DNA of 64,000 bases from a virus (IMGVR_UViG_3300021311_000001:1-64000), one strand, 5' to 3'. Numbered from the stretch's first letter, positions 17,347-28,747 are shown. Made by a program: numbers and translations. The notes: a model not told the origin generated them from the letters alone.

Positions 17347-18276
17347 TTATAAACTGTTGATCCAGTTGTTGATTTGTGTTGTGATTTGCGTGAAATAGTA
17401 GCCGTATACCTTGTCTCCTCTTGAGACGGGACTCCATTGGTCATAGGTGTTGTGCCTCAAGCTGTTAAATCTCGTCGCGGTCAGTATCTTGTCGCTTCCG
17501 CTCATACACGTGTTGTTGTAACTCGCATATGTGGTATTCCACGGGAATCCGGCCGCCTCACGGACAGATTTGACTTTGGCGCAAAGATCGTTCCACACAA
17601 GATAGGAGAAATCAGACACCTTACCTTTCCCGGTCACGGCGCTGTAGGCGTTGCTCGTCTGCATTGCCGTCGCTCTGCCGTTCGATGACGACCAGCTCCA
17701 CTTTTCCAGCGACGACATATTGACGCTTGTTGTGTACTCATCGGAATACCCATTTCCGTTTGTAATAACCAGCTTGACGGAGTAATAGCCGAAGTAATCA
17801 AACGTGATCGTACAGCTCCCGCTGCCGCGCGCGCTCCCGCTCGCCTTTGTCCACCATTCGCCGCTCGTGTCCGGCGACTTGATTTCATAGGTTGCGCCGC
17901 TGTCAAGCCCCGATACGCTCCACGAGCAATACGCCGTCTTTTTGCCGATGCCGGTCTGCGATACGATGAAAGAGGAAATGGACGGGATGGACGGCGCGGT
18001 ATAGTTGCCTCGATCCGTTACGGCGGTCGTCCATTCCGTCGCGTCCGCGTTCTTGTATTGCAGCTCGAATGTGTATCCGTATACGTTGCCGGAGGATACG
18101 GAGATCGTCACGTCGATTGAGCCGGATGTTCCATAGATTGCTTGGCTGCCATAGCTGCTGCCAACGGAATAAAGGATGCGCCGCGAGCCGGTGTACCCCT
18201 CCTGCAAACCGGAATAATGGCAGGTAAAGGTGGCGCGTCCGCCGCTGTACGAAATCTCTGTATACAAACTTGCCAT
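17347..18276 (-). CDS. tail-tip associated protein
   Basis: Ser/Gly/Tyr-rich beta protein downstream of Tal. Confidence 0.6.
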   Translation of the reverse strand: MASLYTEISYSGGRATFTCHYSGLQEGYTGSRRILYSVGSSYGSQAIYGTSGSIDVTISVSSGNVYGYTFELQYKNADATEWTTAVTDRGNYTAPSIPSISSFIVSQTGIGKKTAYCSWSVSGLDSGATYEIKSPDTSGEWWTKASGSARGSGSCTITFDYFGYYSVKLVITNGNGYSDEYTTSVNMSSLEKWSWSSSNGRATAMQTSNAYSAVTGKGKVSDFSYLVWNDLCAKVKSVREAAGFPWNTTYASYNNTCMSGSDKILTATRFNSLRHNTYDQWSPVSRGDKVYGYYFTQITTQINNWINSL

Positions 18277-18289
18277 CTACGCCGCCTCC

Positions 18290-21200
18290 TTAGCCAAACC
18301 TTGCCGTAACATCAATACCTTCCGTACCTCCATAGAATACAACCTTATCTTGGAACCTTACTTGCCCTCGTACATAAGTATCATTAAAGTTCCATGTGGC
18401 ATCTCCGACAGAAGTATAATTATCACCACCAGAAATCTCTACCATTGGCTGTCCATAATCTGGCACAATATAGTATTCAACTTTGAATCTTGTTTGTAAC
18501 TGACGAAATGTATCGTATCCTTTTATTACAAACCCACCCATTGTGTTATCTGAATATCTTGGCGTAACTGTAAACACATTCGCGTAAATATTCGGCGAAT
18601 AAATTGACGTCCCACTGATGAACGTTCCGCCATCATACGTTCCGTTCGCGATCTGCTTTGCGATCTTCTCCGCGTTCGTACCCGCGCTTTTCGCACTCGC
18701 GATGTCGTCGTCAAGCGCTTGGTGATCCGTAACGTTGTCCCACGAAATATATGCGTTCGGCCCCATCGTGACGTTGCTGCCGACGACCAGATTCTTAATG
18801 GTGACTTTTTTCGCGTCGATCGTCCCTGCCGTGATCTTGTTCGCGGTTAGGCTGTCGATGTAGTCGTCCTTCCACTTACCGTTTTGCATCATCAGGTTGC
18901 CATCTGCATCACGGAACGTAGCGCCATGTACCGTGCCTTTGAACGTACCACTGTTCGCAGTCAGATTGCCGCTGGAATCCACATTGAAGTTATACGTCCC
19001 GTCGCTCCGCTTGCCGATGTGCAGCTCGCCACCGTAGAGCTTCAAGCCGCTCACCGTACCAGCCGCGATCGCCTCGGCGACGATGCCGTTGTGGTTGATG
19101 GCGGTCGTCCATGTCCATGCGCTCGAAGTACCCGGATCGGATGTCTTGCTTCCCGTTCCGAACAAAATGCCGTTTTCGTTCATCCATACGGCTCTGGTGG
19201 TAGTCTCCTTGGTCGAACCGTCCATCAGCCAGATGCCGTCGCTGTCAAAGAGCACATTACCGCTCGAAGACTTCATCTGCGCCATCTGCGCGGAAATAAC
19301 GCCCTTGAGCTTCGTGGAGTCCAGATACCCGCTGTTGTAGAACTCGCGGATCGTGTCCTCCGTCTCCTCGATCGTATCCCTGACGCTTCCGATCTGATCG
19401 TCCGTGTAATCCTTGATGTCGTCAAACTCACTGTCGAGCGACTTGTTGGAATCGTTCGTGATGTAAAACTTCATCGAATTGATATACACGCCGTTGTTGT
19501 CCACCTTGAAATGCCCCTTGCTCGTGGTGATGTTAAGTTCCGTACCGACAACGAGATTGCCGGCGATCACCTCAGCATTCACGCCAAAGTAGTTTGTCCC
19601 ACTCGCGTTCTGGAAGTAGCCGATGGCGAGCTTCGCGCTCTGCCAGCCGTCGTCCGTGATAGCGAGCATATCATTGACAATGCGCATCTGGCGTGGATTG
19701 GACGCCTCGCCGATCTGGATGCCGGCCTGGTCGATCACAACGCTCTGGTTTGCAGCCGACTTGATGCGGTTCGCCGCAAAGTCCAAAGACTCGCGAATAA
19801 ACTTCGCCGCGTCCGTCGCCTCGCTCGCCGCCGTGTTGTAGGTATGCTTGCTCAGATCGAGGCTGCGGCTCGTGGAGTACGACTGCTCGATCATGTCGCG
19901 AAGCGTCTGCACCATGTCCCTGCGCTTGAAGCGGTTGGAGAACAGAATCGAAAACTCGTCCGCCCTCTCGAAGTTCAGGTCGATCTCGACCAAATACGAT
20001 GTGATGACCTTCTCATGCGGCAGACTCAAGTAGATGCCCTTGCCAAGCTCCAAGTCGTTCCGAAACGGTGCGAACTCCCGCGCGAACAGAAAATTACCGC
20101 TTTGCACCGTAAACTGATACGTCGGCACGGCAAAATCATCCAACAGCTCCACGGCATAACGATAAAGCTCCTCCTCCACCGCCCAGCGCTGAAACTCGCC
20201 CGCGCTCGCGCTGAGATACAGGCTCGTGCTTCTCGTGCGGAAGCTGAGGCGCGTCCCACCATAGGTGGTCACGCCATTGACGTTTCGTGTGGAAATATTG
20301 CTCGAAACACCGCCGTTCATCGCACCTGCAACAGTGATGATACCGGACTCGGACGAGGCGTTTCCAACCGTGATTTTGCCTGTGTATAGTGTGAGCGTGA
20401 ACGTATTGTCGTTGTCGACTTCCAACGTTCCGCGAATGATGTCAGCCACCACGTTCGACACCGCGACCGTACCGCCCGTAATAGAATACATCGTACAAGG
20501 GTATCCGGTCGTCAGCGTCACGCGCGAGATAGCAGCGTCCGTAATCGAAACAGTCGCACCGGAAAGTGCGTGTACCTCTGGCGTCATGTCCGTCGCGATG
20601 TCCGACACGACGAAGGTATCGTCGGTCACGTCCTGCTGAATGATGTAGGGCAAAAGCCTTTTGTACTCGTCATCCGTAAACGCCGCACGCAGGGAAAGTC
20701 CAAGCGTAGAGCCGCTTCCGTTCACCATCGCGTCGATTGCCGTCTGGATACGTGCCTTGTTCGCGAGCACCGCGTCAATGACGCCCTGCTGCGTCTGCAT
20801 CTGCGCGCGCTTGGCACTGACCTGATTGGCGAGCGAAGGCAGCGCGCTCGCGTGTTGACCCTGAATCGCCGCGTTCTGCTGCGTGAGCAGCCCGTCCAGC
20901 TCCAGTTGTAAAGCATTGTACTTCGCCGTCTCGACATAGTACCGCGACCACATCGAAGCACGCGCCGCCGTCAACGCGCTGTAATACGCCTTGTTGTTCA
21001 AAAGTCGCTTCTGCCACGCGGTAAACTTCTCAGCAAGCGCACCGCTCAAATCGCCGCGCGCGATAAATCCTGACAAGTCATACACCCAATCGTCGCCGGT
21101 CGGATTGACGTCGTGGATGGAAAGCTCATCCGCTCCATACGGACGAATCGCCGTACGAAGCTCGTCGGAAAGCTCCTCGACGTCCGCCTCCTTCAAGAGA

Positions 21201-21868
21201 TTGTCAAATCCCAGATAGATCGGAAGCGACGGACGTTCCTCGTCCGCGTCATACACGCTGATGGTCTTCCCCGGCTTTTCAGGCGTCCCATAGGGATCAA
21301 ACACAAACACACAGCGATATTTCTGCATGGCGTTGTTCATCATAAAATCGTACAATTCACCGTCGAACTGCTCAAATGCGCCGTACTTGGATGTGATCGC
21401 ACTCGACACATAACCGATGTTCCACGTCGGGTCGATTTCCAGAACGCGCCCGATGATGGTGCTCGTATCCCGCACATTCGTGATATTGCAGAACTTATAA
21501 ACGCCCTCTTCCAAAAAGAACTTCTTGGTGCCAAGCAGCACCTCCAGCGACTTCGCCGTAACGTGCTTGACGTCCTTCACACCATCACTCGTCACCTTCG
21601 GCTTTTCGGTCACATAGATACCGTAAGACTTGGTGTAGATCATCTTGTAGGCCGTGACAGACTCATAAAGCGGATTCACTGTGCCGTCGTCCAGCGCGGA
21701 TGGAATGTCAAACTCCATCTCGCTCTGTTCCACAAACTTGATTTTGAACGTCAGGTTGTGAACGCCAGGAATCGTGCCGAGCGCATCTCCGCCGAGCGTC
21801 TGCAAAAGAAGCTCCGGCTGTTCATATCCGCCGCCGTTCATCGGCAGCTTGGAAAAATCAAGAATCAT
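18290..21868 (-). CDS. tail spike / Tal-like protein
   Basis: 1192 aa after Dit; TDDGWQSAKLAIG and GIVAEAIAAG (gp58-like) motifs. Confidence 0.75.
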   Translation of the reverse strand: MILDFSKLPMNGGGYEQPELLLQTLGGDALGTIPGVHNLTFKIKFVEQSEMEFDIPSALDDGTVNPLYESVTAYKMIYTKSYGIYVTEKPKVTSDGVKDVKHVTAKSLEVLLGTKKFFLEEGVYKFCNITNVRDTSTIIGRVLEIDPTWNIGYVSSAITSKYGAFEQFDGELYDFMMNNAMQKYRCVFVFDPYGTPEKPGKTISVYDADEERPSLPIYLGFDNLLKEADVEELSDELRTAIRPYGADELSIHDVNPTGDDWVYDLSGFIARGDLSGALAEKFTAWQKRLLNNKAYYSALTAARASMWSRYYVETAKYNALQLELDGLLTQQNAAIQGQHASALPSLANQVSAKRAQMQTQQGVIDAVLANKARIQTAIDAMVNGSGSTLGLSLRAAFTDDEYKRLLPYIIQQDVTDDTFVVSDIATDMTPEVHALSGATVSITDAAISRVTLTTGYPCTMYSITGGTVAVSNVVADIIRGTLEVDNDNTFTLTLYTGKITVGNASSESGIITVAGAMNGGVSSNISTRNVNGVTTYGGTRLSFRTRSTSLYLSASAGEFQRWAVEEELYRYAVELLDDFAVPTYQFTVQSGNFLFAREFAPFRNDLELGKGIYLSLPHEKVITSYLVEIDLNFERADEFSILFSNRFKRRDMVQTLRDMIEQSYSTSRSLDLSKHTYNTAASEATDAAKFIRESLDFAANRIKSAANQSVVIDQAGIQIGEASNPRQMRIVNDMLAITDDGWQSAKLAIGYFQNASGTNYFGVNAEVIAGNLVVGTELNITTSKGHFKVDNNGVYINSMKFYITNDSNKSLDSEFDDIKDYTDDQIGSVRDTIEETEDTIREFYNSGYLDSTKLKGVISAQMAQMKSSSGNVLFDSDGIWLMDGSTKETTTRAVWMNENGILFGTGSKTSDPGTSSAWTWTTAINHNGIVAEAIAAGTVSGLKLYGGELHIGKRSDGTYNFNVDSSGNLTANSGTFKGTVHGATFRDADGNLMMQNGKWKDDYIDSLTANKITAGTIDAKKVTIKNLVVGSNVTMGPNAYISWDNVTDHQALDDDIASAKSAGTNAEKIAKQIANGTYDGGTFISGTSIYSPNIYANVFTVTPRYSDNTMGGFVIKGYDTFRQLQTRFKVEYYIVPDYGQPMVEISGGDNYTSVGDATWNFNDTYVRGQVRFQDKVVFYGGTEGIDVTARFG

Positions 21869-21880
21869 ACCGTCGCCTCC

Positions 21881-22672
21881 TTACCCTGCCACGTTGTAGA
21901 GGAAGCGTCCGGAAATCTCCAGCGTCCCGCTTCCCGTCACGGCGAGCAGATTGTCGCCCTGCACCGCGCGAAAGAAATTCATGTTGAAGCCCGCGTAGTA
22001 GTTGTGCGCCTCCGCGCCGCGAATAATGCCGTTCTGATTGTCGATTGTCACGTCGCTCACGCTGTTCGGAAGGCCGCTCAGACGGAACTCCCGCCCGTCA
22101 TCACTCTCATTGACGATGGAAAGCGCCCCACCACCAGACGACGGTGTAAACACGAGCTTTGGGCGCAGATACTCGCGGCACGAACCTTCGTTGCGGAAGT
22201 TGATGCGCGTTTCCCCGTTCACGCGGTAGGTATAGGAAAATGGATAGCCGTAGGCATACGGGCAGTCACACCGCACCGTCGCCTCAAACGCCACCGGCGA
22301 CCACGCCACATGGATCGGCGTGAGCTTGGTAACGATACACCGAAACATGCAGTGCTCCAAGTCGGGCTGTACGATGGTCAGCCACTTGTAATCGCGGTGT
22401 CCCGTCAGCCACAGCGACACCTCCTGCATCTCATAGCGGTCGAGCATTTTGGTGTCGTATGTGCCGAACACCAGCGTAAACTCCAGCGGAGAAGCGTTGT
22501 AGTTCACGCCATAATGGATCGGCGTTACCCGCGTGTTGCTCCGCGTTTCGATGATGCTCGCCTTGTTGCCGAAGCTCACGGGACTTTGCTTCTTATCTCC
22601 GAGATCGAACATGTGCAGCCCGTACATCTCGCTGGAAATCCCGTCAAATGTAAATTCATAACTTTTGAACAC
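21881..22672 (-). CDS. distal tail protein (Dit)
   Basis: FTFDGISS, WLT, CDCPYAY, GDN; directly after the TMP. Confidence 0.75.
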   Translation of the reverse strand: MFKSYEFTFDGISSEMYGLHMFDLGDKKQSPVSFGNKASIIETRSNTRVTPIHYGVNYNASPLEFTLVFGTYDTKMLDRYEMQEVSLWLTGHRDYKWLTIVQPDLEHCMFRCIVTKLTPIHVAWSPVAFEATVRCDCPYAYGYPFSYTYRVNGETRINFRNEGSCREYLRPKLVFTPSSGGGALSIVNESDDGREFRLSGLPNSVSDVTIDNQNGIIRGAEAHNYYAGFNMNFFRAVQGDNLLAVTGSGTLEISGRFLYNVAG

Positions 22673-22727
22673 GTTCCCGCTCCTCCTCTCTCAAAGAATA
22701 TAGAGAGGGGAGGCTTTTCGCCTCCCC

Positions 22728-25700
22728 TTAAAATAGGTTCTGCTTATGCAGGTCGAGGTGCTTCAAGACCTCGTTCGCCTGCTCGCGGCTGATCTCCTGA
22801 TGCTGCCGCACCGTCTCGGCGTTCCCGCCGTTGATGATCGTATCGCCGAACGTCACGGTCACGCTGCGGTTATTGTTCACGCTCGAAAGCGCTCCGCCGC
22901 CTGTACCGCCAAAGATCTGCTCTCGTACCGCGCTCGGAAGGGACGCCGCCGTGCCCCGCAGCTTACCCATGCGCTCCAAAAGCCCCGTCAGCTTCTCCGC
23001 CATATCCTCGGTCAGTACCCACTCGTGATTCTTGAGAAGCGCGAACTGCTCGTTCTCACGGATGCCTCCGCCGCCGACGATGCCGCCCTGATGGTACACG
23101 TCGTAAAGCAGCTTGCCGACGTTGGACGGATTCAGCTCATCGCGCGTGATCCGCCAGTAACCGTCCTTATTGTATTCCGCGTGGACGCCGTACTGGTCGA
23201 GCTGCGCCGCAAGCTGCGCCGCCTTCGTATGAAGCGCCTCGTTGGTCGCATCGCTGTTGTCGCGGCTCCACTGAGCCGAAAGCCCTTTCATCTGCGCAAC
23301 GATATTGCGCACGGCATTTGCGCTTCCGCGATTGTTCGTATAGCCGGTGTCACTCGGAAACTCCGCCTGTCCTACCGTATCATTGTGCGTCGTACCGCCC
23401 GCCGCCGAAATATCGGCGTCGATGCTCGAAAGGGCGGAAACATAGTCGCCGTAGCGCTGCGCCGCCGCAAGACAGTTTTCCCACGCGCTCGTGATCTCAC
23501 TGTTGAGCACCGATCCATATTCGGTGTTGTACGAAATCAACTCGTCGTAAAGAGTCTCCCAATGGCTTTGGATATACTCGATCGCCATGTCGTAGAGCTT
23601 CTGATAGGACGAAATCGTATCCTCAAGGATCTTGATTTCCCTGTCCTTCTCTTCCTCATACGCCTTCTGCTGCTCGTCCAGCGCGTCCTCCGTCGCCTCG
23701 ATCTGGTGCTCGCGCTGCTGATCCCCGATCTCATCCTGCAGCTCAGCAAGCTCCTCTTCGAGCTTGAGGCGCTTCGCCGTCGCGTCGCGACTCGTGTCGA
23801 GCCGAAGCGCGTCGATCTGTGCCTGCAGCTTCGCCGCCTCTTTGAGCTTGGAGTTGAGCGACTTATGATAGTCGTCCTGCTTCTTGGTCTGGCGCAGCAT
23901 CTCCTTCTGCTCACTGATGATGTCGGCATACGCCTTCTTCATGTCTTCGAGCTGCTGGATCTGTTCCTGGATGCGATGCTTGAGCATTTCCATGACGTAT
24001 TTTAGAATATCGTCAAGCCCGCTCTTCATCTTCTCCAGCTCCTCACGGCTCTCGCCGGCGACCTTGCCGATGCTCTGCACCGCCGTGAAAGCCAGCGACC
24101 GGAGCGCGTTGATGTTGTGCAGCGCCGCACGGTACTGCTCCTCGTCCAAATCCAAAAGCGCGAGGTTGGCATACACCAGATCCCACGTCGATTTCGCCGC
24201 CTCGCTCGTCGCGAAAAGCAGATTGTTCAGCGTGGCCTCGTCCTTCTCCTGCAAGGCGATGCGCAGCTTTTCGATGTAGGCAAGCGCCTGCTCGATTGCA
24301 AGCTCCTCGGTCTTCGCCGCCATGATCTTCTCGATCTTCTCATCCGTAATGGTGAGAAGCCCGTTCTGGTCGCGAAGGAACTGCATATACTGCGCGCCGA
24401 GCTGGATAATGCTCTGGAACGTGTCGATGGAGATAAAGCCGCCGTTTTCGGCAAACTCATTCGCCGCCTGATGGAACTTGTCGTATACATCCTGAATTTT
24501 GTCCACGCCGTCATGCGCCGCCTGCACGATCTTATCCCACGCCTCGGCGGTGATGGAAAGCCGCTTTTTCTCATAGTCCCACCAAAGATCGCTGAGCTTG
24601 CTCACCTCGTCGCTCTCGTCGCTGTAGCCCTTGGAGCGATAGTACGCCGCCTCCGCCGCGATATTCTCCTGCATCTTGCTGTAGTAGTCCGCAATATTGT
24701 CGGTATACTCGCGCACCTTGGCGTAGTCCATGTCGCCGACCGCGTTGTCCAGCCAGTTTTCCGTCAACGTGATCTTGTTCTCGTAGAGCTTGGTAAGGCT
24801 CTCGAACTTGTCGATCACGTTCTGGATTTTGTCCGCCTCGCGATCCCACCAGTCGCCGGACGTCCCCTCGTTGGATTCGTTCCATTTCTCGGTGGTCTCG
24901 ATCAGCTTTTCGGTCGCCTTGATCAGCTCGTTCGTCGATGCCTTGTCCTTGGCGTTCAGCTCGTTGATGTGATCCAGATTTTCGATCCAGAGCTTGTTAT
25001 GCACATCGTCGTAAGAGACGTCAAAGCCCATACCGGCCAGCTTCTCGATGTTTTCATGGATTGCCGCGGCGCGCTCCTCATTGAGCGCGTGCATCGCAGC
25101 CTGCTCGTCCTCAAGCGCCTTCGTCAGCTTCTCACGAAGCGCGATTTCATCGCCGATGGAATGCGTGCGCGCAAGCTGCGCCTCGATCTGCTCGCGCTCC
25201 TTCTGTGCCTCGTCGAGCCTGTGCAGCGCCTCGCGGAAACGGTCAATCTCCACGGTATAGGCTTCAATATCCTTTGCCGAGCTTCCATTACTGCCGCTTC
25301 CGCCCGCCTTCGGCACGCTAACCGTCACCTCCGGCAGCTCAACGGTAACATCGTCCGTGAAGCCCTCCAGAAGCATATCCTGATAGCGCTTCATCGCCAT
25401 ACCGTACTGCGTGGTCGCCTTCATGCCGGGGCTTGCGCTCGCTTCGAGCTTCTGCATCTGCGCGAGAATTTGCATCCGCTTTCCGGCAATGCCTGCCGCG
25501 TTCGCCATCTGAATGAGTGTCGCAATCGTTCCGGCATTCGCGGTCGCAAAATCGGTCGTCGCGATCTTCGCCTCAAGCTGCTTCTTGCGCAGCGCTTCGA
25601 TTGCGGTGATGTCCGCGTTGGTCGCGCCGATCTCACGCAGCTTTTGCTCGACAACGCTCCACTCGGCGTCCGCCAAGCCAAGCGCCGCAACCTTCGCCTC

Positions 25701-27950
25701 CAGCCGCACGAGCCGTAGGCGGGATTCGACCACCTCGTCCGCGTTCGTCACGCCGATCTTTTCGAGCATGGTCTTCACCAGCTCCGCGTTGCCCTCGCGC
25801 AGCATATCGAGCACCGTCGTCGAGTTCATAAACTCGCTTGCGAGGTCGTTCGCCGCCTGTTGCGCCTGTTCCATCGAAGAGGCGGAGTCCATCATCACCT
25901 TGGCGAAATTCTCAAACGTATCGAGGTCGCCGAAAGTTTGACCGATCTCGGCGAGTGTGTCGTTGGAGATCGTGCCGTCCTCGTTGAACTCTTTAAGCGC
26001 CTTACTGAGCTGATTGACTTTGCTCTCGGCGTCGGCGAATTTCTCCGCCATCGTCGCGATGCTCGGATTGTACTCAGTCAACGCCTGTAGCTCCGCAACA
26101 AGCTCAGAAAGCTCCTGTGCGTTGCCGACTTCCAAAATCGCCTCATGGATTTCGTGCAGGCGCGTGGCAAACTCCTCCGCCTGCTCGTTGTTCTTCTCAA
26201 ATGTCGTCTTGTCACCGAAGACGCCGAGGAACAGTCCCTTTTGGTCGTACGCTTGGTAGTTGGTGCTCTTGTCCTTCTTCGCCGCCTTGACGACGTTTGC
26301 GACGTACTTGCTCAGCTCCGCATCGGAAAGGATCTCTCCGTTCGGTAGGATAGGCGTCACAACAATCGCGCTCTCGCCCTCTTGAATAGTTTTCGAGAGC
26401 ACCGTCATCCGGTCGCCCACCTGCGCGTTCGCATCGTGCGACATCACCTTGCTGAGATTGCTGTTGGTGACTTCCACCACACGGCGGTCAAGCAGATCGA
26501 CGTTGCCGCCGTGGGCGTACAGCTCCTTTTCCTCGACGCCGAACTTCTTGAGAACATCGGTCAGGTTCTGCACCCTGTCTGCGCTCTCATCCGCCGCGTC
26601 GCCGGTTTTACCAAGCATTTCGGAAAGTTCGTCCTTCGGGATGTCCTCGACGATCAAACCGAGATCGCGTAAATACTCGTTGACCTCTGCGACTTTCTCC
26701 GCAGTAAGCTCCGCGTCGTCATCGAAGAGGCGAGAAATAATGGATTTCGTCGCCGCGTCCGGATCTTGCATTGCCCGGATGCGGTCAAGCGCCATGTCAA
26801 GCTCGCGGATAAGACCGGCAGACTCCGGATCGTCCGGATTGAGTGCCGCGCGCAGCTTGATCGCTTCGTCCTGCAGCTCCGTCATGCGCGAAAGAGCCGT
26901 GGTCATCAGCTTTTCTTGTTTCTCAGCCTCTTTCGCAAACTTCTGCTGCTCCTTTTCGGTCTCAGCCGCCGCACCGTCATCGACGGCTTTCTCCCACGCT
27001 TCCTTTGCCGCCTTGTAGTCGGCGATCGCAGCCGTAAGTCCGCCCCGTCCCGTGTACTCCTGCACGGGATCGGAGAAACCAGCCGAGGTATCGCGCCAGC
27101 CTGCGTCACTGATCCACTGCCGCGCGTCCTGCTCCGCCTTGCGATAGACTTCTCCCTGCTTGGCGGCAATCAAATCCTTTTGGAGCTGGATCTGCGACTC
27201 AAGCAGCTCGTTTTCACGCTCCAAGCGTTTCAGCTCTTCGCTTTCGACAATGGAGATCGTGCCGCCCTCGCGCAGTGCGCGAAGCTCGGCGAGCCGCTTG
27301 TTGTTGTCGTCCAGCTTGCCGTCAAGCTCCGAAAGCTCATCCTGCAAACCGGAAAGATCGGTCTGCAACTGCTCCAGCGTCGGATGCGCCGCCTCGTACA
27401 GCTCCTTGAATTTCTTACCCGCCGTAATCAGCAGCGGAATGAGCATGAGAAGAAGCGACACCCAGCCCATCGGCGTCGAGAGCATCAGTGCCGCCGTCTC
27501 CTTGAGTGCAAGATTATAGCCCTGCTGCGCGCCGGTCGCCGCGATCGTCGATGCTGTTTTGGCGTCCTCCGCCACCTTACTCGCAAGATATTGCAAAACG
27601 GACTCCGCAAGCTCACCGCGAAGCGCGCCGGTCGCAATCGCGTTTGCGATCGTCGCCTCGGTCAACTGATCCTTTGCTTTCAGATTGAGCTTCGTTGCAA
27701 GCGTATTAGCCTCGATGTGCAATTCTTCCGCAAGCTGCTCCACCGTGTAATTCTGTCCGGCAGCAGTCAGTTTCGTAAAGTTGAGCACAGCTTCGCGCTG
27801 CTGCTGATTGAGCGCGAATTGGCTCAACGCCACCTTTTGTTGTGCGGCGTCAAGGCTTGCAAGCTGCGCGGCATACGTCGCCTGCGCCGCGCGCGTATCA
27901 TCATAGACGATATTTGCGGCGCGAATAGCGTCCACAGTAGGTTTAATTGC
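22728..27950 (-). CDS. tape measure protein, exon 3
   Basis: Long helical coiled coil, C-terminal YHQGGIVG; joins exon 2 in frame (AAG|AIKPT). Confidence 0.85.
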   Translation of the reverse strand, partial: AIKPTVDAIRAANIVYDDTRAAQATYAAQLASLDAAQQKVALSQFALNQQQREAVLNFTKLTAAGQNYTVEQLAEELHIEANTLATKLNLKAKDQLTEATIANAIATGALRGELAESVLQYLASKVAEDAKTASTIAATGAQQGYNLALKETAALMLSTPMGWVSLLLMLIPLLITAGKKFKELYEAAHPTLEQLQTDLSGLQDELSELDGKLDDNNKRLAELRALREGGTISIVESEELKRLERENELLESQIQLQKDLIAAKQGEVYRKAEQDARQWISDAGWRDTSAGFSDPVQEYTGRGGLTAAIADYKAAKEAWEKAVDDGAAAETEKEQQKFAKEAEKQEKLMTTALSRMTELQDEAIKLRAALNPDDPESAGLIRELDMALDRIRAMQDPDAATKSIISRLFDDDAELTAEKVAEVNEYLRDLGLIVEDIPKDELSEMLGKTGDAADESADRVQNLTDVLKKFGVEEKELYAHGGNVDLLDRRVVEVTNSNLSKVMSHDANAQVGDRMTVLSKTIQEGESAIVVTPILPNGEILSDAELSKYVANVVKAAKKDKSTNYQAYDQKGLFLGVFGDKTTFEKNNEQAEEFATRLHEIHEAILEVGNAQELSELVAELQALTEYNPSIATMAEKFADAESKVNQLSKALKEFNEDGTISNDTLAEIGQTFGDLDTFENFAKVMMDSASSMEQAQQAANDLASEFMNSTTVLDMLREGNAELVKTMLEKIGVTNADEVVESRLRLVRLEAKVAALGLADAEWSVVEQKLREIGATNADITAIEALRKKQLEAKIATTDFATANAGTIATLIQMANAAGIAGKRMQILAQMQKLEASASPGMKATTQYGMAMKRYQDMLLEGFTDDVTVELPEVTVSVPKAGGSGSNGSSAKDIEAYTVEIDRFREALHRLDEAQKEREQIEAQLARTHSIGDEIALREKLTKALEDEQAAMHALNEERAAAIHENIEKLAGMGFDVSYDDVHNKLWIENLDHINELNAKDKASTNELIKATEKLIETTEKWNESNEGTSGDWWDREADKIQNVIDKFESLTKLYENKITLTENWLDNAVGDMDYAKVREYTDNIADYYSKMQENIAAEAAYYRSKGYSDESDEVSKLSDLWWDYEKKRLSITAEAWDKIVQAAHDGVDKIQDVYDKFHQAANEFAENGGFISIDTFQSIIQLGAQYMQFLRDQNGLLTITDEKIEKIMAAKTEELAIEQALAYIEKLRIALQEKDEATLNNLLFATSEAAKSTWDLVYANLALLDLDEEQYRAALHNINALRSLAFTAVQSIGKVAGESREELEKMKSGLDDILKYVMEMLKHRIQEQIQQLEDMKKAYADIISEQKEMLRQTKKQDDYHKSLNSKLKEAAKLQAQIDALRLDTSRDATAKRLKLEEELAELQDEIGDQQREHQIEATEDALDEQQKAYEEEKDREIKILEDTISSYQKLYDMAIEYIQSHWETLYDELISYNTEYGSVLNSEITSAWENCLAAAQRYGDYVSALSSIDADISAAGGTTHNDTVGQAEFPSDTGYTNNRGSANAVRNIVAQMKGLSAQWSRDNSDATNEALHTKAAQLAAQLDQYGVHAEYNKDGYWRITRDELNPSNVGKLLYDVYHQGGIVGGGGIRENEQFALLKNHEWVLTEDMAEKLTGLLERMGKLRGTAASLPSAVREQIFGGTGGGALSSVNNNRSVTVTFGDTIINGGNAETVRQHQEISREQANEVLKHLDLHKQNLF

Positions 27951-27992
27951 CAATCCATTCAATAATCCGTGTGATCAGCACGAAAATTATCG

Positions 27993-28021
27993 TTGATTTC
28001 CTGTTGTGTTAGTGATATAAT
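27993..28021 (+). promoter_or_regulatory. sigmaA promoter inside intron 2
   Basis: TTGATT-N17-TATAAT with extended -10 TG. Confidence 0.65.
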
Positions 28022-28051
28022 CCATAGTAAGAAGAGAGGAGCGTGTGTTCT

Positions 28052-28747
28052 ATGGCATTGATTGTGTGTCCTGAGTGCAATCAGCAGGTGTCGTCCGCAG
28101 CGGAGGCTTGCCCGCATTGCGGCTTTCCCATCGCGAACCATCTAAAAGAACAGGAACAAAACTCCTACCATCAAAAACTGCTTTCACAGGTCGCGATGTT
28201 CCCACTCTCATCTCCGCAGCCGCGCGCAAGAGTCTGCGCAAAATGCGCTGAACCATACTTCTATAATACGAATTTCGCCAACAACGATACGCCGATGTGC
28301 GAATGTAATGCGCCGACAGTCGAGATAGACATTTCGCAAGAGGAAATGAGCGGTCGTGGAGGAGTCGCTTCCGCAGACGCGGATATTTTTGAACGTCTCA
28401 TATTTCCACGCAATATCGGCGACAAGTCATCACAGGAATACAAAGCTCGTATTAACGACATATATAAGCGGTTGAACCTCAGCCTTTCCGAACGCGGTGA
28501 ACCGCCGCACGAACCGCCCGCGCCGATCAAGGATCTGGTCGACCGATCACAGTGGAAACCGCAGAGCAGCATATCGCACACGCATGTCAGCGCACCATTA
28601 CGTCCAACCTGTCCATATTGCCATTCCGCCAGCCTCACCAAAATCTCAAAATCCGGCACCTTCCTTAAAATCGCTGCGCTCGGCTTATTCGGTGCGAGCG
28701 ATATTGGGAAGACTTGGAAGTGCAACAACTGTGGAAGTAAATTTTAG
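28052..28747 (+). CDS. multi-zinc-ribbon protein (intron cargo)
   Basis: CPEC..CPHC, CAKC..CEC, CPYC..CNNC; hydrophobic GLFG segment; GAGGAG RBS. Confidence 0.8.
   Translation: MALIVCPECNQQVSSAAEACPHCGFPIANHLKEQEQNSYHQKLLSQVAMFPLSSPQPRARVCAKCAEPYFYNTNFANNDTPMCECNAPTVEIDISQEEMSGRGGVASADADIFERLIFPRNIGDKSSQEYKARINDIYKRLNLSLSERGEPPHEPPAPIKDLVDRSQWKPQSSISHTHVSAPLRPTCPYCHSASLTKISKSGTFLKIAALGLFGASDIGKTWKCNNCGSKF

Noticed and set aside
13236-21868. Additional VR targets for TR1 or TR2
   Set aside because: No matching C-terminal repeats seen by eye; remote targets outside the window are not excluded.
27951-27962. TTG start or 3' splice site at TTATTG|AAT
   Set aside because: No RBS; P9.0 and P10 pairings both favour GGATTG|GCA.
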